Source: a virus
Virus record (IMG/VR): IMGVR_UViG_3300030333_006551
Location: 65,907-129,906 of that record
Reading direction: 5' to 3' (one strand)
DNA length: 64,000 bases
In this document: positions 58,508 through 64,000 of the stretch, piece after piece
How positions within the stretch are numbered: position 1 is the first letter of the stretch
Layout: every line of letters begins with the position of its first letter
The notes under the pieces: model-generated
The model's input: only the letters and a program-made list of their open reading frames with translations
Told to the model about the DNA's origin: nothing
Database searches by the model: none
Translations under genes and position numbers: made by a program

Positions 58508-58913
58508 GGGATACTAGCTTTTTTAAAGATGCTTTTAGCATTGTTAATCTTCTTTGGTTAGATCTGGTTAACATACTTCCTGCTTCTTTGTTACGAAGTC
58601 TTGCTCTTTGTACTGGGCGGGATTCATCTTTTGGGTTGTCGGCTACAAGCATTTCAAAAAGTTTATTGTATGAGGTAATACCTAAACTTCTTGACGCAAT
58701 TTGCTGTCCGTATTTTCTTTGTTGTGACGCGACTCTTTGAATTGGGCCTTGTCTAGATGCTTTTCTTTGCAATTCTCTTTTAGCTCTTTGTTGAGTAATA
58801 GGTGCAATACCCTGCCCTCTTTCTATATTTCCGCGCCTTGCTAAAGATGTTTGGACTTTTGTTCTAGATCTTTGTTGCTGGATAGGGCTTAATCTTTCGA
58901 ATAATTTACTCAT
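58485..58913 (-). CDS. basic Gln/Arg-rich hypothetical protein lying antisense within the polymerase locus
   Basis: 142-aa ORF filling the gap between polymerase parts 1 and 2. KLFE occurs twice. Purine-rich coding bias on the minus strand. Confidence 0.65.
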   Translation of the reverse strand: MSKLFERLSPIQQQRSRTKVQTSLARRGNIERGQGIAPITQQRAKRELQRKASRQGPIQRVASQQRKYGQQIASRSLGITSYNKLFEMLVADNPKDESRPVQRARLRNKEAGSMLTRSNQRRLTMLKASLKKLVSPKDSPTR

Positions 58914-58957
58914 AATCTTAACCTATAATTGGGCGTATGCCTCTGTAATATGTAGCC

Positions 58958-59437
58958 ATGCTAACCGTAACAAACCCTAAAACTTTCGATTGGTCTTCGA
59001 TGTCTTTATCAGATTGCTGTGAGGGCAATGCGGCTGATGCATATTTTACTTTGAAACTTTTTGATATAGTTTCAAACAAGTTAGAGGAAAATGGCTGCCT
59101 TGCCTTTGTGGAGCAAATTTTACCTGAGGCGTTAGATGTTTTTTCTGACATGGAGTATGAAGGTTTGCAGGTTAGTGAAGCAAAGTTAAAGGAGTTAGAT
59201 AGGGAGTTGTCTAACCTTATTGTGAACCAAGAGGACGATCTGTATTCTTACCCACAGGTGGTAAACACAGACAACCTTGCGTCCAACAATGATTTAACTG
59301 AAATATTTTATACCCGAGAGGGAGGTTTTGAGCTTTACCCTCCTGACAAGACTGGAAGTGGAAAGCCTTCAGTCTCCGCTCCAACCCTTAAGCTATTACT
59401 CGAACAAATTAACTCTGAATTAAGTAGAAGATCATGA
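58958..59437 (+). CDS. DNA polymerase A part 2: ExoIII region and N-terminal thumb
   Basis: GNAADAYFTLKL (ExoIII-like), DMEYEGLQV, NLASNNDL.EIFY, KTGSGKPSVS. Confidence 0.85.
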   Translation: MLTVTNPKTFDWSSMSLSDCCEGNAADAYFTLKLFDIVSNKLEENGCLAFVEQILPEALDVFSDMEYEGLQVSEAKLKELDRELSNLIVNQEDDLYSYPQVVNTDNLASNNDLTEIFYTREGGFELYPPDKTGSGKPSVSAPTLKLLLEQINSELSRRS

Positions 59438-60519
59438 GTTCAAAGTGGCAATACAGAGAAGAAGGAAAGAAGATCAGTAAGAGGGTCATCAAAGATAAAT
59501 CAACTGAGGATCTTCGTTCTGCTTCAAAATTTATTTCTGATCTATTAAGTCTTAGAAAGATCCAGAAACTACAGAAGACGTATATCCTGGGCACGAAGAA
59601 GGCCATTGATTACAATGGAAGGAGCAAGGTCTATGTAGACTACAGGCTTGACGGTACTGCAACTGGGAGGCTCTCCTGCGCTGCGTACAACGCGCAGAAA
59701 CCTATGGGCGTTTCCTTTCATACTCTTCCCCGTGACACTGATACAAACATTCGGAGCATGTTTACTGCAAGTCATGACTCTCATTTTGTAACTGTAGACT
59801 ATGCAGCCATGGAGTTGCGAGTTCTTGCTCATGTGGCTAAAGAGAAAAGTATGCAGCATGCGTTCAATTCTGGCGCAGACCTGCATACATACACGGCAAA
59901 GCTATTGTTTGGGAAGGATGATATTTCGAAACGGGAGCGACAGATTGCGAAGACGGTTTCCTTCTTAATTGTTTACGGTGGAGGCGCGTTTAACTTAGCT
60001 GAAACAATGTCCATACCTATGGACAGAGCGGAGAAGATAATTAAGAACTATCAAAGGGTCTACCCTGGAGTTTTTAGGTACATGGACCATGTAAATGAAT
60101 TTATACGGGAAAATGGTTATGCATATTCTATCTTTGGTAGGAGAAGAAACTTACCTGATGTTTACTCCCGTGACAGGTCGGTAGTTAACAGAGCCTTAAG
60201 ACAGGGCCTAAACTTTACTATCCAAAGTACAGCGTCTGATATTCTTCTTTGCGGTTTATTAGGTGTTGCTAGGAGGTTTAAGGAGAACAACTTAAAAGCT
60301 AAACCTGTTGCAACTGTTCATGATAGTGTGGAGGTAGTGTGTCCCAAAGATGAGTTGGATGTTGTTCTTTCAATCATACATGATGAGTTGGTTAATTATC
60401 CGACTATTAAGAAGTTATTCGGTATCGAGTTTGCCGTACCCCTAAATATAGATGTTGAAGTGGGAACTAGCTTTGGCGATGGAAAAGAGGTTGAGTTTGA
60501 AAACATTATTACTGACTGA
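59434..60519 (+). CDS. polA: DNA polymerase A part 3: C-terminal thumb, palm and fingers
   Basis: RKIQKLQKTY, GTATGRLS, motif A DYAAMELR, motif B RQIAKTVSFLIVYG, FGRRR, NFTIQSTASD, motif C TVHDS. Confidence 0.92.
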   Translation: MSSKWQYREEGKKISKRVIKDKSTEDLRSASKFISDLLSLRKIQKLQKTYILGTKKAIDYNGRSKVYVDYRLDGTATGRLSCAAYNAQKPMGVSFHTLPRDTDTNIRSMFTASHDSHFVTVDYAAMELRVLAHVAKEKSMQHAFNSGADLHTYTAKLLFGKDDISKRERQIAKTVSFLIVYGGGAFNLAETMSIPMDRAEKIIKNYQRVYPGVFRYMDHVNEFIRENGYAYSIFGRRRNLPDVYSRDRSVVNRALRQGLNFTIQSTASDILLCGLLGVARRFKENNLKAKPVATVHDSVEVVCPKDELDVVLSIIHDELVNYPTIKKLFGIEFAVPLNIDVEVGTSFGDGKEVEFENIITD

Positions 60520-61465
60520 TTTACATTTAACACATAAGCCTATAGGGTTACTAGACGCACAGAAAGAATGTATTTTAAAAATATTTGAGAAGGAAAAACC
60601 TGACGAGGTTATTATAATGGGAGACCTCGTAATGGTTAGGCGACCTCAACCAGTGGTCCTCTCTGCGCTCCACGATATAATCAAAACCATAAGTTTGCAT
60701 TGTCCTATGGTTTTGATTCGAGGGAATCATGATAGTGATAATAGATCCGATGATGGGTTAACAATATTATCTCTATTCGAATCAGACAATGTACAAGTTG
60801 TTACACAAACTACCCATGATTATGATAAAAAACGAACCTACATCCCACACTACGAAGATCAAGACAGGATTAAAAACATTCTACTTACTGTCCCAAAAGA
60901 TCATAGCGTCTTTGGGCATTTTGGTTACGACGGTTGCCTTAACTCCGCTGGTGATGCTGATTTCGGGATTACTCTTGCTACTTTTAGGAACCGCACTTAT
61001 TTGGGGCATATTCATAGATTCAAACAATCAGAATTAGTAACAATCTTAGGGACTCCGTATAGCACTAACTTTGGAGAAAGTCGGAAAGTAAACTATTATG
61101 CAACCATAGAGGATGGCGAAACAAAGTACCATGAGGTAACTTTTGGGCCTAGGTATCTTGTTGTAGATAAGTCTGAAGTAGAGTTTTGTCTAGATGATAT
61201 TAATAATCCTGATTACTACACTCTTTTACGGGTTAACCTATCCTCAGGAGAAACTCAACCAGTCACAGATGAGCTAGATGTTGCTTCTGTAGAGTTTAAG
61301 TTTAAACCCGCTTTTGATGAGGAGATGCTTTCTGATTACAAACCTAAGCGAGACTTGTTTACCTTGAATGAAGTGATTTTAGAAGACTATATTGATGCTG
61401 CCCATACTGATTTACCTAAGGAGGATATTTTGGAGGGGCTTCGACTAATTCGAGATGAACATTAA
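60497..61465 (+). CDS. Mre11/SbcD-like nuclease (gp47-like)
   Basis: TDLH, MGDL, RGNHD, FGH, LGHIH, GTPY. TTG start at 60497 after GAGG. Confidence 0.9.
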   Translation: MKTLLLTDLHLTHKPIGLLDAQKECILKIFEKEKPDEVIIMGDLVMVRRPQPVVLSALHDIIKTISLHCPMVLIRGNHDSDNRSDDGLTILSLFESDNVQVVTQTTHDYDKKRTYIPHYEDQDRIKNILLTVPKDHSVFGHFGYDGCLNSAGDADFGITLATFRNRTYLGHIHRFKQSELVTILGTPYSTNFGESRKVNYYATIEDGETKYHEVTFGPRYLVVDKSEVEFCLDDINNPDYYTLLRVNLSSGETQPVTDELDVASVEFKFKPAFDEEMLSDYKPKRDLFTLNEVILEDYIDAAHTDLPKEDILEGLRLIRDEH

Positions 61466-63041
61466 GAAAGTAAGAATTCAGAACTTTTATTCCTTTAAGA
61501 ACGCCACTTTAAACTTTTCCAAATCAAAAGGTATTGTCCTCATTGATGGGTATAATTATGATACTAAAGGTTCTAATGGAGCAGGAAAAAGCGTCCTGAT
61601 TGAATCCATTTATTTTGGTCTAACGGGTAAAACTATTAGAAAAAGTACCGATGAAGCTTTAGTTAATAATCAGGAAAAAAAGAAGTGTCAAGTTGAGGTG
61701 TTCCTAGATGACGGTGTTAGGATTTTACGCCAAAAAAAGCCCACAAAATTGAAGCTTTTTATTGATGGGGAGGACAAAACACAGCACACTATATTCGATA
61801 CACAAACCCTAATTGACGAGCGTTACAAAACAAATTATAAAGTTTTATTAGCCTCTATGTTTTTTGGACAATCGAATGATTTGAACTTTTTAGATTGTTC
61901 TGCTGAAGATAAGCGAAATATTATAAAGCATTTCTTAGCTCTTGATGAAATTTTTGTTATGAGGGATAGAATTAAGTCTCATAAGGCTGGTTTTTATCAA
62001 GAAATGAAGGAGCAAGATTCCTTAATAGATGAGCATAAGAGAACAATTTCCGAGTTCGATAAAAAGATCACCCAACTTCAAAAAGCAAAAGAAGAGTTTG
62101 CAAGCTACGACGAAGAGATTCTATCCTTATCTTTAGATGAAATTCTAGACCTAGAAGAGGCCGAGTCTTCCAGAGCTTGGCAGTTGACGAATACACAACA
62201 GGACATAGATAAATCTACGAAAAAGATTGAAGAGTTAGAGAAAGAGTCTCGCAAAGCACCCCAGAAGATTACTTGTGAGTGGTGTGGTGATTTAGTTGAG
62301 AAGAAGGTGAACAAAGAGGCGTTAAGTGATGAAATTAAGTTTCACCAAAAGCAACGAGAACTGCTTCAAGAGGAAATCTACGACCTAGAGGATGCTGAGG
62401 TTTATATTCCAATTTCATCCAAAGAGTTTAGTAAAGTACTAGCCTTTAAAGAGTTATGTAGGGATGAGACTAATTACGCCGAACTAATTCAAAGTTTCAA
62501 TGAAAAGATTGCTGAAGCCAGCAAAGTGAAGGCTGGTAATAAAGTTAATTATGAAGTAATGCGTTTTTGGGAAAAAGCCTTCTCCCAGCAAGGCATAATT
62601 AAGTATATAATTAAAAATGTATTAGACTATTTGAACGACAGGATCAATTATTACTTGTCATTTTTAACTAATTCAAAGTATATGTTAAAATTTAACGAAG
62701 AATTAATCGAAGAAATTCATACTAACGGACAACGAGTGCAATATATATCATTGTCAGGAGGCGAACGACGAAAGGTTAATTTAGCAGTCACGCTTTCCCT
62801 TAAAGATCTTTTACTTTTAACGGACAAAACACAACCAAATTTACTATTTTTTGATGAAATAGCTGAGAATTTGGATGAAGAAGGTATAACAGGGCTCTAC
62901 GGACTACTTCAAGAGATTAAGGAAAATAAAAAAGTTTTTGTTATCACTCACAATAGTCACCTAAAGTCCCTATTATATTCCTCTAAGAAAATTACTGTTA
63001 CAAAAAAGAAAGGTGTGTCTGACATCAAAGGAAGAAAATGA
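61455..63041 (+). CDS. Rad50/SbcC-like ATPase (gp46-like)
   Basis: NFYSF, Walker A GSNGAGKS, zinc hook CEWC, signature LSGGE, Walker B FFDE, ITH. Confidence 0.92.
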   Translation: MNIKKVRIQNFYSFKNATLNFSKSKGIVLIDGYNYDTKGSNGAGKSVLIESIYFGLTGKTIRKSTDEALVNNQEKKKCQVEVFLDDGVRILRQKKPTKLKLFIDGEDKTQHTIFDTQTLIDERYKTNYKVLLASMFFGQSNDLNFLDCSAEDKRNIIKHFLALDEIFVMRDRIKSHKAGFYQEMKEQDSLIDEHKRTISEFDKKITQLQKAKEEFASYDEEILSLSLDEILDLEEAESSRAWQLTNTQQDIDKSTKKIEELEKESRKAPQKITCEWCGDLVEKKVNKEALSDEIKFHQKQRELLQEEIYDLEDAEVYIPISSKEFSKVLAFKELCRDETNYAELIQSFNEKIAEASKVKAGNKVNYEVMRFWEKAFSQQGIIKYIIKNVLDYLNDRINYYLSFLTNSKYMLKFNEELIEEIHTNGQRVQYISLSGGERRKVNLAVTLSLKDLLLLTDKTQPNLLFFDEIAENLDEEGITGLYGLLQEIKENKKVFVITHNSHLKSLLYSSKKITVTKKKGVSDIKGRK

Positions 63042-64000
63042 GTAAAGCTGTATTAAGTGATCTAGGTCAGGAAATTTTTGAAAGTCGCTACGCCTACCCT
63101 GGCGAAACTAAGTGGGCAGAAAGAGCAAAGGTTATAGCTAAAACTGTTGCTTCCGCAGAAATTGATGAAAACAAAGAAAAAGTTGAAAAAGCGTTTTATG
63201 AAACGGTCGGTTCTGGGGACTTTATCCCAGGGGGTAGGATCATTTATGGCTCTGGTAGGAGTCGCGGTAATCACAACCTTCTTAATTGCTATGTTATTAT
63301 TCCAGAAGACACTGTGGACTCCATTGGAAAAACTGTACAGGACATGTATCGGATCTCCTGTGCAGGTGGAGGTGTAGGCTTTAATGTTTCTAAAATTCGT
63401 CCTAAAGGGGATCATATTGGCAGTGTTGCTAACTCCGCTCCTGGAGCAGTCTCTGTTCTTCAAATGATTAATGAGGTAGGTGAACATGTCCGTGCTGGTA
63501 AGAATCGCAGAACTGCTCTTATGGGTATCCTTAATGTTACCCACCCTGATCTACTTGAGTTTTTGTCTGTAAAGTTAGATCAAGGACAACTTAATAATTT
63601 TAATATCTCTGTTGCTATTACCGACAGGTTCCTAGAAGCAGTAGAGCTAGACGAAGAGTGGTATTTTTCTTTTAATAATAAAGAATACCACTCCTACGAG
63701 ATGTTGCGTAATGGTGAAGAGTTTATTTATGTAATAGGCATGGATGAAGAAGATGCTCTCGCTCGCGCCGAAAATTTCCATAAAAAAGATTGGAAAGATA
63801 CATTTGTCTGTCAAGGTCGTAAAGACATAAAAGCCAGGGAGTTATGGGATTTGATCTGGAAAAATTCTGTAGAATCTGGAGATCCTGGCATCTATAACAT
63901 CGACTTGGCTAATAAATACACTAATGTGTCGTATTTTGAAAGCCTTGATTCGACCAATCCTTGTGGGGAAATATCGCTCCCATCCTATGGAAACTGTTGC
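63038..64000 (+). CDS. nrdJ: ribonucleotide reductase large subunit, probably class II (NrdJ-like), truncated by the window end
   Basis: Manual translation MSKAVLSDLGQEIFESRY...FIPGGRI...LLNCYV...GGGVGFNVSKIRPKG...NFNISV...SGDPG...TNPCGEISLP. No ATP-cone. Absent from the ORF track because it has no stop in the window. Confidence 0.85.
   Translation, partial: MSKAVLSDLGQEIFESRYAYPGETKWAERAKVIAKTVASAEIDENKEKVEKAFYETVGSGDFIPGGRIIYGSGRSRGNHNLLNCYVIIPEDTVDSIGKTVQDMYRISCAGGGVGFNVSKIRPKGDHIGSVANSAPGAVSVLQMINEVGEHVRAGKNRRTALMGILNVTHPDLLEFLSVKLDQGQLNNFNISVAITDRFLEAVELDEEWYFSFNNKEYHSYEMLRNGEEFIYVIGMDEEDALARAENFHKKDWKDTFVCQGRKDIKARELWDLIWKNSVESGDPGIYNIDLANKYTNVSYFESLDSTNPCGEISLPSYGNCC

Noticed and set aside
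58505-58960. Group I intron in the polymerase: the exon would end in T, the insert begins TAG and ends G, and removal would be in frame
   Set aside because: No recognisable P7 R/S core elements (e.g. AAGATATAGTC-like), and the interval is almost fully occupied by a minus-strand ORF. RT-PCR would settle it.
58400-59500. Split inteins joining the polymerase fragments
   Set aside because: No Cys/Ser-initiated IntN tail on parts 1 or 2, and no His-Asn-(Cys/Ser/Thr) IntC junction on parts 2 or 3.
59434-60519. DpoZ-type (2-aminoadenine) polymerase suggested by atypical motifs
   Set aside because: HDS-type motif C occurs in ordinary phage PolA enzymes, and no purZ/datZ-like gene is in the window.
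63062-63544. Track ORFs 63062..63544 (-) and 63147..63377 (+)
   Set aside because: Shadows of the ribonucleotide reductase frame starting at 63038.
1-64000. Stop-codon reassignment as the cause of the split genes
   Set aside because: Long conserved genes are intact in code 11, and TAA, TAG and TGA all end genes at expected positions.
1-64000. CRISPR array, tRNA or rRNA genes, transposases
   Set aside because: Intergenic spaces are nearly all under about 110 bp, and I saw no repeat-spacer pattern, cloverleaf or transposase motif. A tRNAscan/Infernal run was not possible.

Overview
An AT-rich segment of a large T4-like (contractile-tailed) bacteriophage genome, densely coding in the standard code. 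It holds most of the virion module: baseplate (gp26/gp51-, gp48/54-, gp53-, gp5-, gp25-, gp6- and gp7-like, PAAR), several large fibre/tailspike genes, head (gp21 protease, gp22-like scaffold, gp23 capsid), neck (gp13/14/15), sheath gp18 and tube gp19. Replication and expression genes are interleaved: UvsW-like helicase, TOPRIM primase, Cas4/AddB-like nuclease, Hjc-like resolvase, gp55-like late sigma factor, Mre11/Rad50 (gp47/gp46) and a ribonucleotide reductase cut by the window end. I saw no portal, terminase, tRNA, rRNA or CRISPR array. Main unusual observations: (1) a complete iscU is overprinted by a signal-peptide ORF, and iscU synonymous codons systematically avoid stops in the second frame; (2) a family-A DNA polymerase with an N-terminal Fe-S UDG-like domain is split into three genes, with an antisense gene in the first gap; (3) a start-less gp51-like ORF lies in the -1 frame behind a T_TTT_TTC slippery site at the end of the gp26-like gene; (4) very compact divergent, apparently leaderless promoters occur, and two genes share one CATG start; (5) a baseplate/fibre protein carries an alpha/beta-hydrolase. 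All family calls come from motif recognition by eye, not database searches.
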